NCBI GenBank assembly: GCA_043742785.1
Contig: JAYTXU010000019.1
Location: 1-60,048 of the forward strand
From: Candidatus Omnitrophota bacterium
GTDB lineage: Bacteria; Omnitrophota; Gorgyraeia; Zapsychrales; Fredricksoniimonadaceae
Length of the DNA: 60,048 nucleotides
Direction: 5' to 3'
The position numbers and the translations under genes were made by a program. Under the pieces are notes generated by a model. That model was not told the origin of the DNA and ran no database searches. It saw only the letters and a list, made by a program, of their open reading frames with translations. Positions 46,438 to 55,850 of this stretch are shown in pieces (the stretch's first letter is position 1; the number at the start of each line of letters is the position of its first letter).

Positions 46438-47961
46438 ATGAAATCAATTTTTGAACCCCCTCTACTTAGCTTTTTCTTTTTTTGCATCTTACTATTTGCC
46501 GGATTCTCTGTTTTTAAAGATTACGGCGTCCATTGGGATGAATATAATAATCAATACATTGGTCATGCCTGGAGAATATACACAGCAGATGTTCTGCACA
46601 ATGGATCTATTGCTAACACTCCTGCCCCCCCCACTGAGCTTATGGACTTGCTTCACGGCCCCATTATTGAAATACCCTTAAATTATTTAAAGAATATTTT
46701 TCAATTAATCAACCTAAGAGATGTTCTTCTTTTTAGACATTATTGCTGTTTCTTGTTATTTTCTTTAGGAGTTTACTTTTTTTACTTATTATGTAATCTT
46801 TATTTTAAGAATTGGAAAATTGCGCTCTTAGGATGTTTGTTTCTCGTTTTAAGTCCAAGAATTTTCGCCCACTCATTTTATGATACTGTTGATATCCCCT
46901 TCCTTTCATTTTATGTCTTAAGTATTTATACCCTTCTCAGATGGTTGGATAAGAAAACCCTTCTCAATGCTGGTTTTCATGCCTTAGCTTGCACCATTTT
47001 AATCGACATTAGACTTATCGGAGTAATCCTCCCCTTGATATCAGTATTTTTCTATCTTTGGAATATTATTAAAACTCAAGATACTAGAAAAAAAGAAACT
47101 TTAAGTTTACAGTTATTTCTTTACACCTCTTTTTTAATCATCCTAATTATTCTTGGATGGCCGTTATTATGGCAAAACCCAATATTAAACTTCACAAATG
47201 TACTACAAACAACCTTGCACGCCAGCTTTCCTTATTCAGTCTTATATTTAGGAAATGTTTACATCGGTGACCATCTGCCTTGGCATTATGGCCCCGTATA
47301 TTTACTACTTACAACTCCTCTATTTTACAGTCTTTGTTTCTTCATTGGTTTCTTAAATTCTCTAAAACAATTAAAAAGAGATACGGTTATCCTTCTAATC
47401 TGTTTCTTTCTTCCTTTATTATTAACTCATGGCAAGCTCTATGATAGCTGGAGACATTTATTCTTTATTTATCCTATATTTTTAATATTCTCTCTTAAAG
47501 GAATATCAACCCTCTGGCATTTAAAGACCTCCTTTCGTCCAATAATAATCCTAACAACCGTTCTAACTTTAAGCCAAATTGGTATCACCATGAAAAAAAT
47601 CCATCCTTTTGAAAATGTCTATTTCAATCGATTAGCTGGAAAGAATATGCAGGAAATAAAAAATAAATTTGAATTAGATTATTGGGGGCTTTCCTATAAA
47701 CAAGCCTTAGAATTGATTCTCAAAAATGATCCCGATAAGATCATCCCCATAGCTGTAGATAACCCCCTTTCTCCTTTGATTCGAAATAATCTAAATATCC
47801 TTTCTAATGAAGATAAAAACAGATTTAAAGAGGTTTCTTTAAAAGACGCTAAATATCTTCTGACAAATTATAGGCAACACCCAGAAGAATATCCTTATCC
47901 TGAATATGGCTCAATCAAGCTTGGGAATGCAAAAATTCTAGGAATTTATCAATTAAAATAA
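46438..47961 (+). CDS. Polytopic GT-C glycosyltransferase (ArnT/PMT-like)
   Basis: 'DYGVHWDE' acidic loop, 'SPRIFAHSF...DIPF', 'PWHY', 'YDSWRH..F', 'DYWGLSY'; 10 or more TM. Confidence 0.75.
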   Translation: MKSIFEPPLLSFFFFCILLFAGFSVFKDYGVHWDEYNNQYIGHAWRIYTADVLHNGSIANTPAPPTELMDLLHGPIIEIPLNYLKNIFQLINLRDVLLFRHYCCFLLFSLGVYFFYLLCNLYFKNWKIALLGCLFLVLSPRIFAHSFYDTVDIPFLSFYVLSIYTLLRWLDKKTLLNAGFHALACTILIDIRLIGVILPLISVFFYLWNIIKTQDTRKKETLSLQLFLYTSFLIILIILGWPLLWQNPILNFTNVLQTTLHASFPYSVLYLGNVYIGDHLPWHYGPVYLLLTTPLFYSLCFFIGFLNSLKQLKRDTVILLICFFLPLLLTHGKLYDSWRHLFFIYPIFLIFSLKGISTLWHLKTSFRPIIILTTVLTLSQIGITMKKIHPFENVYFNRLAGKNMQEIKNKFELDYWGLSYKQALELILKNDPDKIIPIAVDNPLSPLIRNNLNILSNEDKNRFKEVSLKDAKYLLTNYRQHPEEYPYPEYGSIKLGNAKILGIYQLK

Positions 47962-47986
47962 CAACAGAATCTCACTTAAGAAATGT

Positions 47987-48015
47987 TTGACTTATCCCAT
48001 AATTTCCCTTACTCT
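47987..48015 (+). promoter_or_regulatory. metH promoter (short or no leader)
   Basis: TTGACT-N17-TACTCT, 8 nt before the ATG; no SD. Confidence 0.5.
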
Positions 48016-48023
48016 TTGACGAT

Positions 48024-51000
48024 ATGAAATATTCTTCCACCCACGATATCTTACATAAACTGATGACCCAACGTATCCTCATTTTAGACGGAGCGATGGG
48101 TACTATGATCCAAAAATATAAGCTCACCGAAAGCCAATACCGCGGTGAACGTTTTAAGAATTATCCTCTCGATATTAAAGGCAACAACGACCTTTTATCT
48201 TTAACCCAGCCGCAAATTATCGAGGATATCCACAGCGAATATTTGAAAGCTGGCGCTGATATTATTGAAACAAACACCTTCAATAGTAATCGTGTCAGCA
48301 TGGCTGATTATAAAATGGAAGATTTAGTCTACGAACTGAATCTTGCTTCCGCCCAAATTGCTAAAAAAGCAGCAGAAAAATCCTCAAAAGAAAATCCCAA
48401 CAAACCGCGTTTTGTGGCCGGTGCTATTGGCCCAACAACCCGCACAACATCTCTCTCTCCAGATGTCAATAATCCAGCGTTCCGTGCTGTTAACTTTGAT
48501 CAATTAGTAGAAGCCTACACTGAACAATTACGCGGACTGATCGATGGCGGCGTCGATCTACTTCTCATCGAAACCATCTTCGATACCTTAAACGCTAAAG
48601 CTGCTATCTATGCGATTGAAACCTATTCAGAAAAAATTGGATTAAAATTACCTTTGATCATTTCAGGAACCATCACCGATGCCAGCGGACGAACTCTCTC
48701 TGGCCAAACCACAGAAGCTTTTTGGATTTCCGTCAAACATGCCAAACCTATAGCGATTGGTCTTAATTGTGCCCTAGGCCCAAAAGACATGCGTCAATAC
48801 ATTGCTGAACTCTCCAGAATCGCCAATACCTCGATCAGCTGTTATTCCAACGCCGGACTTCCCAACGCCTTTGGGGAATATGATTTAGAGGCTAAGGAAA
48901 TGGCCGCTATCATCAAAGAATTTGCCCAAAGCGGTTTATTAAATATCCTTGGTGGCTGCTGCGGAACCACCCCAGCGCATATTCAAGCAATGGCAGATGC
49001 TATTAAAGATTTTTCTCCTCGATCAATCCCTAAACTTACACCCCAAAGCTCCTTCTCAGGATTAGAGCCGTTGATCATTCGAGATAACAGCAATTTTGTG
49101 AATGTTGGCGAACGCACCAATGTCACTGGTTCAAAACAATTCGCCCGCTTGATTATTGCAGGACAATTTGATGAAGCCTTAGTGGTCGCCCGTCAGCAAG
49201 TCGAAAACGGCGCCCAGATGATTGACATCAACATGGATGAAGCCATGCTTAATTCTTCCCAAGCTATGACCACCTTCTTAAATCTCATTGCTTCAGAACC
49301 TGATATTTCTAAAGTCCCTATTATGATCGATTCCTCCAAATGGTCAGTTATTGAAGCAGGTCTTAAATGCGTTCAAGGCAAGTCCGTCGTTAACTCCATC
49401 AGCCTTAAAGAAGGTGAAGCTTCTTTTAAAGAACAAGCTCGCAAGGTTCTTTATTATGGAGCTGCGGCCATTATCATGGCCTTTGACGAAAAAGGTCAAG
49501 CTGATACAGTGGAAAAACGTGTCAGTATCTGTAAAAGAGCTTATAAAATTTTAACCGAAGAAATCGGCTTTGCCCCTGAAGATATTATCTTTGACCCTAA
49601 CATCTTTGCCATCGCAACCGGCATCGAAGAACACAATAATTACGCTAAAGATTTCTTTGAAGCAACCCGTTTGATCAAACAAGCCTGTCCAGGATGTTTA
49701 ATTTCCGGAGGTGTTTCGAACGTCTCCTTCTCTTTTCGTGGACAAGATACTGTAAGAGAAGCCATGCACTCCTCTTTTCTATATCATGCCATCAAGGAAG
49801 GAATGACCATGGGCATCGTGAACGCCGGGATGATCACCGTCTATGACCAAATCCCTAGAAATTTTCTAGAAATCGTTGAAGATGTCATTCTCAACCGCCG
49901 TCCTGATGCAACCGAACGTTTAGTCGGCTTTGCAGAAACGGTCAAATCTAAAGGTGAAAAGGTCGAAGAAGAACTCGCTTGGCGGAAACTTCCAGTAGGA
50001 GAACGTCTCTCCTATGCCCTTGTTAAAGGAATTGTCGAATTTATTGATGCTGATACCGAAGAAGCCAGAGCAAACACCAACCGGCCGCTGGATGTCATTG
50101 AAGGCCCCTTAATGAATGGGATGAATGTAGTGGGAGATCTTTTTGGTGCTGGAAAAATGTTTTTGCCTCAGGTGGTTAAAAGTGCCCGGGTAATGAAAAA
50201 GGCTGTCGCTTATCTGACTCCTTTTATTGAAAAAGAGAAAGATCAAAAAAATACCAAGGTGGCTGGAACCGTTGTCATGGCTACCGTCAAGGGTGATGTT
50301 CATGATATTGGAAAGAATATTGTAGGAGTTGTTCTTGCCTGTAATGGATTTAAAATTATTGATCTTGGAGTCATGGTCTCCTGTCAAAAAATACTCGATG
50401 AAGCTAAACTAAATATCGCAGATATGATTGGCCTTTCTGGTTTAATTACTCCCTCCTTAGAGGAAATGGCCTATGTCGCTTCTGAAATGGAACGTCAAAA
50501 TATTTCGATTCCCCTTCTTATAGGAGGAGCAACCACTTCACCGGCGCATACAGCTGTTAAGATTGAACCTGCTTACACAAAAGCTCCTGTCATCCACAGC
50601 AAGGATGCTTCCAAAGCGGTGGGTGTTTGCCGCTCATTAATGGATCCCCAACTTAAAGAAAACTTAATTAGTAAAACCAAAGCCGATTACATTATGCTTC
50701 GTCAGGAACATTTAAGCCTGCAAACTGCTAGATCTTTTGTTCCCATTGAAAAGGCTAGACAAAAAGCTCTAATCACCGATTGGAAAGAAATAACTATCAC
50801 TAAGCCATCCTTCTTAGGTGTTAAAACATTTAAAGACTTTGATTTAAATACCATCCGTTCCTACATCGACTGGTCACCGTTTTTTAATACTTGGGAATTA
50901 AAAGGCAAATATCCTCAAATTCTCAAAGATTCCACCTATGGCGCCGAGGCTAGCCGTGTGTATAACGATGCGAATACTCTTCTCGATGAAATCATTGCTA

Positions 51001-51710
51001 AGAGGCTTCTTAAAGCAAATGCCGTTGTGTGCTTCTATCCTGCTAATTCAGTGAGAGATGATATTGAATTGTATACCGATGATAGCCGCAAAAAAGTTCT
51101 AGACGTTTTCTATAATCTAAGACAACAAATCATTGTACGTGAAGAACAAGCTCTTCTTTCTCATGCGGATTACATCGCGCCTAAATCCTCAGGGGTTAAA
51201 GATTATATCGGAGGCTTTGCTGTAACAACCGGTATAGGATTAGATGAATTAGTCAGAATCTTTGAAGATGATCTTGATGATTACAAAAGCATTATGGCTA
51301 AAGCGGTGGCTGATCGTTTAGCTGAAGCTTTTACAGAATTGATGCATGAGAAGGTTCGTAAAGAACTTTGGGGTTATGCTTCTGATGAAAATCTCAACAA
51401 TGAACAAATTATTCTAGGAAATTATCGCGGTATTCGCCCAGCACCTGGTTATCCTGCCTGTCCGGATCATACAGAAAAAGCTACTCTTTTTAAACTATTA
51501 GACGCCACCAAAAACACGGGCATTACTTTGACTGAAAGTTTTGCCATGCTTCCAACAGCAGCCGTCTGCGGCATGTATTTTTCCCACCCTCAATCTAAAT
51601 ACTTTTCTTTAGGAAAAATTAACAAAGACCAAATAGCCCTCTACGCCAAACGTAAGAATATGTCAGTGCAGGAAGTTGAAAAATGGCTGGGGCCGAATTT
51701 GGGATATTAA
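48024..51710 (+). CDS. metH: Cobalamin-dependent methionine synthase
   Basis: '[10 protein letters not shown]', 'GGCCGTTP', '[10 protein letters not shown]', B12 motif '[11 protein letters not shown]', '[12 protein letters not shown]'. Confidence 0.99.
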   Translation: MKYSSTHDILHKLMTQRILILDGAMGTMIQKYKLTESQYRGERFKNYPLDIKGNNDLLSLTQPQIIEDIHSEYLKAGADIIETNTFNSNRVSMADYKMEDLVYELNLASAQIAKKAAEKSSKENPNKPRFVAGAIGPTTRTTSLSPDVNNPAFRAVNFDQLVEAYTEQLRGLIDGGVDLLLIETIFDTLNAKAAIYAIETYSEKIGLKLPLIISGTITDASGRTLSGQTTEAFWISVKHAKPIAIGLNCALGPKDMRQYIAELSRIANTSISCYSNAGLPNAFGEYDLEAKEMAAIIKEFAQSGLLNILGGCCGTTPAHIQAMADAIKDFSPRSIPKLTPQSSFSGLEPLIIRDNSNFVNVGERTNVTGSKQFARLIIAGQFDEALVVARQQVENGAQMIDINMDEAMLNSSQAMTTFLNLIASEPDISKVPIMIDSSKWSVIEAGLKCVQGKSVVNSISLKEGEASFKEQARKVLYYGAAAIIMAFDEKGQADTVEKRVSICKRAYKILTEEIGFAPEDIIFDPNIFAIATGIEEHNNYAKDFFEATRLIKQACPGCLISGGVSNVSFSFRGQDTVREAMHSSFLYHAIKEGMTMGIVNAGMITVYDQIPRNFLEIVEDVILNRRPDATERLVGFAETVKSKGEKVEEELAWRKLPVGERLSYALVKGIVEFIDADTEEARANTNRPLDVIEGPLMNGMNVVGDLFGAGKMFLPQVVKSARVMKKAVAYLTPFIEKEKDQKNTKVAGTVVMATVKGDVHDIGKNIVGVVLACNGFKIIDLGVMVSCQKILDEAKLNIADMIGLSGLITPSLEEMAYVASEMERQNISIPLLIGGATTSPAHTAVKIEPAYTKAPVIHSKDASKAVGVCRSLMDPQLKENLISKTKADYIMLRQEHLSLQTARSFVPIEKARQKALITDWKEITITKPSFLGVKTFKDFDLNTIRSYIDWSPFFNTWELKGKYPQILKDSTYGAEASRVYNDANTLLDEIIAKRLLKANAVVCFYPANSVRDDIELYTDDSRKKVLDVFYNLRQQIIVREEQALLSHADYIAPKSSGVKDYIGGFAVTTGIGLDELVRIFEDDLDDYKSIMAKAVADRLAEAFTELMHEKVRKELWGYASDENLNNEQIILGNYRGIRPAPGYPACPDHTEKATLFKLLDATKNTGITLTESFAMLPTAAVCGMYFSHPQSKYFSLGKINKDQIALYAKRKNMSVQEVEKWLGPNLGY

Positions 51711-52363
51711 ACCTTTTTCGCTAAACGATGCAACTCCTCATTAGCCAAGGCAGATACTTTTTTTCTGACCGTACGTGAAAAATATTCTCTTTCAGTTTTG
51801 GTTAAAACTTCGCCTTTCAGTTTCTTTTTAAAAAGTTCTTTCTGCTTGGGAGAAAACACTTGGGACAAAGAAAATTCTAAAGACAATTCTTCATGCTTGG
51901 CATTTAAATTCTTTACCTCTTTTGATTCCCCTGTTAAATAGTTCTCAAAAGCCTTTTTGACACGTTCCATACTTAACCGATAACCCCCGACCTTAACTTC
52001 TAGGACAGAAAAAGCACACAATGACTTAAGCCTTACCTTTTCTTTAAAAGATAATTTAGCCACGTAGGTCTTGGCCCAATCAAAATAAAGATCATTGGCC
52101 TTATATAGTGCCAGGGACAACAGAAACAAGCCTTTCAACGTCTCCTTGGCCTCTTTTGAGCCCAATAAGGCCTGTAACTTGGAAAAGTCAAAACTACCCT
52201 CCTTAGTCGCATTAACCAACATGACGGGAAAACCTTCAAGGAAACGCACATTCTTGGACTTAACCACCTCAGCTAAGGTTTGATTAACATCCAAAACCCC
52301 TTCAGCTTCCAAGAGTGGGTACCCAAGGCGACCAAGTTTCTCTAATAATTTTTTATTGTCCAT
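51707..52363 (-). CDS. Hypothetical partner of the nucleotidyltransferase (possible antitoxin/HTH)
   Basis: AAGGAG SD before ATG 52363; basic C-terminal '[26 protein letters not shown]'; overlaps the upstream NTase stop. Confidence 0.6.
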   Translation of the reverse strand: MDNKKLLEKLGRLGYPLLEAEGVLDVNQTLAEVVKSKNVRFLEGFPVMLVNATKEGSFDFSKLQALLGSKEAKETLKGLFLLSLALYKANDLYFDWAKTYVAKLSFKEKVRLKSLCAFSVLEVKVGGYRLSMERVKKAFENYLTGESKEVKNLNAKHEELSLEFSLSQVFSPKQKELFKKKLKGEVLTKTEREYFSRTVRKKVSALANEELHRLAKKV

Positions 52364-52964
52364 GAAATTTCTCCTTGTCTGCCGAAAGGCAGGCTTCTTT
52401 AAATACTCGCTCATAATTTTCCCAATTCTTAATCAATCTATCTTCCGCAATATCATATTTAGCTGTTTCCATATAACGTTCTTTAAGCCTCTCCATTTTA
52501 ATTTCATTACGCCTCGCCCTAAATAACATCAAACAATCTTCAACATCAACTGTCGTACCCCGAAACAACTTACTAACAATCAAATCATACTCATTAAGAA
52601 TACCTATATAAATATAAGAAAGCTCTTTAACGACAACATGATTCTCTTTTTCTATGGAAGATTCCAGTAATTCTGTCGTATGGACTCTCTTTCCCTTAAA
52701 AAGATCAAAAATAAACACTTCACCTTCTTTTCTCCACCCTGAGCCAGTTTCTTGTGTGTACCCTAGCTGTTTTAATGTCTTTATCAAATAATCGTATTCT
52801 TGATCTATAGGAATAAGCAAATCGACATCCTTGGTCGATTCCTTAATTCCCCAAAGGGTCATTGCTGTTCCTCCACAAGCTATTAAATGAACCTTCTTAT
52901 TAAGAAATCTATTCCAAAGTCCAAGTGTTTGCAATAAATCCGTTTTTGTTAGACGATATTCCAT
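52353..52964 (-). CDS. Pol-beta-like nucleotidyltransferase (DUF6036/AbiEii-like)
   Basis: 'LIACGGTAM.L.G.KESTKDVD' (GG..T.D.D signature), 'DLIVSKL.RG...D.ED'. Confidence 0.75.
   Translation of the reverse strand: MEYRLTKTDLLQTLGLWNRFLNKKVHLIACGGTAMTLWGIKESTKDVDLLIPIDQEYDYLIKTLKQLGYTQETGSGWRKEGEVFIFDLFKGKRVHTTELLESSIEKENHVVVKELSYIYIGILNEYDLIVSKLFRGTTVDVEDCLMLFRARRNEIKMERLKERYMETAKYDIAEDRLIKNWENYERVFKEACLSADKEKFHGQ
52377..52394. repeat. CCTGCC/GGCAGG-family mini-hairpin, in frame in the NTase 3' end
   Basis: GTCTGCC-GAAA-GGCAGGC; encodes ACLSAD. Confidence 0.55.
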
Positions 52965-52990
52965 ATAATTGTCCTTTTATATACACTTTA

Positions 52991-53050
52991 TTGTACTTAT
53001 TTGTACAACTACTTGTGCTTAAGCATACAATATTATGCTATTCTTGTCAA
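52991..53050 (-). promoter_or_regulatory. Promoter and candidate operator of the NTase operon
   Basis: TTGACA (53050-53045), N17, TATGCT (53027-53022); palindromes TTGTAC-N6-GTACAA (52991-53008) and TGCTTAAGCA (53016-53025). Confidence 0.6.
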
Positions 53051-53177
53051 ACTTTTATTATTACCTAAAAAAGCGGCATATAATACATATTGTTAGGTAT
53101 CATCATTATTGCACAGATTAAAAACAATCTAAAAAATGGCTGGGATGGCCTTCCTCTTACTTTTTCACAAAATGGAT

Positions 53178-53224
53178 TTTATCAATTTCCGTCTTGTGGC
53201 CGGCTTAATCGCCGGCGAAAACCT
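53178..53224. repeat. 47-bp direct repeat, copy 1
   Basis: 39/47 identical to 54699-54745; the two copies bracket the AAA gene. Confidence 0.75.
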
Positions 53225-54546
53225 CATTTTTGTAAAGAAAGTCCAATAAATCTCTCAAGATGGTCAGCTAAAAATATTGGAATATTAAGAAGGTTACCGT
53301 CTTTTTTCAAATTCTTTAACGAGAATCTCACCCGTACCCGCGGGCTGTATTGCTTGTCATATAAAGCAAGGCTTTTGCCGCGTACATTGTTATCTGATTT
53401 GACTTCCACAGGTAAAATATCATTGGCGCGCTGGATAGTGAAATCAACCTCAGCCGTCGAACCAGAAGACCAGTATCTTGGGCTAACTTCATACTGGGCT
53501 ACAAGACTTTGTAAAATATAATTCTCAGTAAGCGCCCCTTTAAACTCTGAGAATAACCGATTGCCTTCACCAAACGATGCCGGATCAAGAAATGCCAATC
53601 GCCGCAAAATGCCAACATCAACCACATAAAGCTTAAACGCGGACAAATCATCATACGCTGATACAGGAAGACCCGGCTTGGAATTTCGATAAACTTTATA
53701 TACAAGGCCGGCATTAGATAGCCATGTCACGGCATCCTCGTACTCCCTTGCTCTGACCCCCGGTTTAACTGCCTTATAAATAAACTTCTTGTTTTCTCTC
53801 GAAAGCTGGGAAGGAATGGACGACCAAATATACCCTAACTTGGCAATATCCTTTTTTTCCGCGTGTTTTGAAAAGTCGAGCTCGTAAGCATCCAATATAT
53901 CCCGCAACACCTTTTGGACAAGTGGGATATCCTGTTTTTCAGCCCAGGCTTGCACCGATTCTGGCATCCCGCCAGTAATAAAATACATCTTCAGCTTTTC
54001 ATGCAACTGGTTAAAGAAAATATCCGGTATTGGCTCCAATAAACTAATATTATTTATGTATGTCACAAGCCTCTCTTCTCCCATTGCCAATAAGAATTCT
54101 GTAAAAGTCATCGGATACATTGTCAAGAAATCTACCTTCCCAACGGGAAACGTAGATGGTTTAGAAACCCTGACTCCCAAGAGCGATCCCGCGCAAGCAA
54201 CATGATATTCTGGGGCATTCTCAAAAAAGTATTTTAAAGTATTAAGCGCGGCGGGACATTCCTGAATTTCATCAAAAATAATGAGAGTTTTTCCAGGAAG
54301 GATAGGCGCGCCATTGACTAGGGAAAGCTGTTGAAGAATTCTTTGCGGATCCTTGGTCTTTTCAAAATATTGCTTTAATTCAGGCTGTTCGTCAAAATTA
54401 AAATAAGCTGTATTTTGATACTGTTTTGAACCAAATTCTTTTAAGACCCAAGTCTTGCCAACCTGCCGCACGCCCCTTAAAATAAGCGGCTTCCTTTTAA
54501 CGGACCTTCCCCATAACTCTAATTGGCTCAATATTAATCGCTTCAT
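53224..54546 (-). CDS. AAA_14 ATPase with DUF4143 (PD-(D/E)XK-like C-terminus)
   Basis: GVRQVGKT, 'IIFDEIQ', 'AGSLL', 'GGMPE', 'KLY..D.G', 'EVDF...PVEVKS'. Confidence 0.9.
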   Translation of the reverse strand: MKRLILSQLELWGRSVKRKPLILRGVRQVGKTWVLKEFGSKQYQNTAYFNFDEQPELKQYFEKTKDPQRILQQLSLVNGAPILPGKTLIIFDEIQECPAALNTLKYFFENAPEYHVACAGSLLGVRVSKPSTFPVGKVDFLTMYPMTFTEFLLAMGEERLVTYINNISLLEPIPDIFFNQLHEKLKMYFITGGMPESVQAWAEKQDIPLVQKVLRDILDAYELDFSKHAEKKDIAKLGYIWSSIPSQLSRENKKFIYKAVKPGVRAREYEDAVTWLSNAGLVYKVYRNSKPGLPVSAYDDLSAFKLYVVDVGILRRLAFLDPASFGEGNRLFSEFKGALTENYILQSLVAQYEVSPRYWSSGSTAEVDFTIQRANDILPVEVKSDNNVRGKSLALYDKQYSPRVRVRFSLKNLKKDGNLLNIPIFLADHLERFIGLSLQK

Positions 54547-54596
54547 AATAAATTCCTCCAAAACTTTAGCAAATAGAAATCACCTTATTAGTCATG

Positions 54597-54620
54597 TTTA
54601 TGTGATTAAAATCACATAAA
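54597..54620. promoter_or_regulatory. Palindromic operator upstream of the AAA gene
   Basis: TTTATGTGAT-TAAA-ATCACATAAA, containing TGTGA-N6-TCACA; lies just downstream of TTGCGT-N16-TATACT. Confidence 0.55.
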
Positions 54621-54698
54621 AACAACTAAAGTATACACGAAATACCAAAAAACGCAATTTCAAGAATTTTTATTGGGATTGCTTCTTTGCGGAAAGGA

Positions 54699-54745
54699 TT
54701 TATCAATTTCCATTTTGTAACCGGCTAAATCGCGGGCGGAAGCCT
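54699..54745. repeat. 47-bp direct repeat, copy 2
   Basis: 39/47 identical to 53178-53224. Confidence 0.75.
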
Positions 54746-54867
54746 GGCATCCGTCGATCAATACAACGAACCTACAAGGTTCGTAAATTTTCTAAATCCG
54801 CGCTATAAAGAATGGCAAAATAGAATAATTGGGTGTATTAACAAAATCTAAATTTATTGGTGGGAAA

Positions 54868-55038
54868 CTATTTAAACCTTTTTAACTGACTCGCAGGAAT
54901 TTTTACCACCTTACCATTCTTCCAAATAATTAATGGCTCACCGCGCATTTTTCGATCAGCAATGACACCTCGTACTGCTTTCTTGATTGCTTTCTCTGCT
55001 TTTTGTGAAATAATTTCACCTTCTGCTTTCTTAATCAT
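54868..55038 (-). CDS. 56-aa protein coupled to the Zeta-like ATPase (missing from the ORF track)
   Basis: MIKKAEGEIISQKAEKAIKKAVRGVIADRKMRGEPLIIWKNGKVVKIPASQLKRFK*; ATGA overlap with the upstream stop; GGAGG SD. Confidence 0.75.
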   Translation of the reverse strand: MIKKAEGEIISQKAEKAIKKAVRGVIADRKMRGEPLIIWKNGKVVKIPASQLKRFK

Positions 55039-55610
55039 GTCTTGCCTCCAGATTTAATCCAGTGCTGGTAAAGTTTTTTATCAAAGACTTGTAATGCTTT
55101 TTCATTAAATTTTACAACCAAAACAGGATCCATCCCAGAATTATCAAAAACATCCCACGAATTAGCTAAAGGCATATATAAGGTAAAAAAATTACTTAAA
55201 CTCCTCGTTAATCTTCTTTTTACATCCACATCAGGCACATGATGTCCACCCTGTTTGACTCTTTGTTTAATTCTTTCTTTAGCAAGATGTATGTTAGGTA
55301 TCCATAAAAAGAAAATATGAACAGAATAGCCTTTTAATTTAGCTTCATTGATCAAATGAACATATGTCTTACCTGCCAAAGTCGTCTCAAAAGAAAAATC
55401 GACCTTACGACTAATGAACCTATCGATCTCTTTTAGTAATAATTTACCGGCTTTAATACTAGCCTCAGCAGGAGTAAATGGAGCAATCCCCATAGCAATC
55501 AAATCCGCATTCACAAAATTGGAACATTTCGCATAATGCGGCAGGAACTCCTTAGCAAATGTTGTTTTACCCGCACCATTGGGACCAGCAATAATATACA
55601 GTTTAGGCAT
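55035..55610 (-). CDS. Zeta-toxin-like P-loop kinase/ATPase
   Basis: 'IAGPNGAGKTT', 'FVNADLIA', 'FETTL', 'RV..GGH.VP', 'DNS'. Confidence 0.88.
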   Translation of the reverse strand: MPKLYIIAGPNGAGKTTFAKEFLPHYAKCSNFVNADLIAMGIAPFTPAEASIKAGKLLLKEIDRFISRKVDFSFETTLAGKTYVHLINEAKLKGYSVHIFFLWIPNIHLAKERIKQRVKQGGHHVPDVDVKRRLTRSLSNFFTLYMPLANSWDVFDNSGMDPVLVVKFNEKALQVFDKKLYQHWIKSGGKT

Positions 55611-55850
55611 GGAGTTAGTTTAACACCACCTATAAAGCAAAACAAGAAAACCCTCCATAAAATTATACCAAAGAACCTTTGAGCATCTTCAAGTTATCAT
55701 TTATAATCGACCTATTGTGTATTAGATTTAACCATCCAAACACCACCGAAGCCATTGAGTTGAGTTTTTGGGATTAATTCAGAAGCTAGAAAAACGATAT
55801 GTTAACCTGCAAATTGTCATACAAAATGAAGTTGACGAATTCAGAAATAT

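Noticed and set aside
53090-53521. 143-aa plus-strand ORF in the island
   Set aside because: Mostly antisense to the AAA gene and spans the direct repeat; no recognisable motif
55650-55800. Possible pseudogene fragment between the Zeta-like and second AAA genes
   Set aside because: Multiple stops and no recognisable homology in any frame
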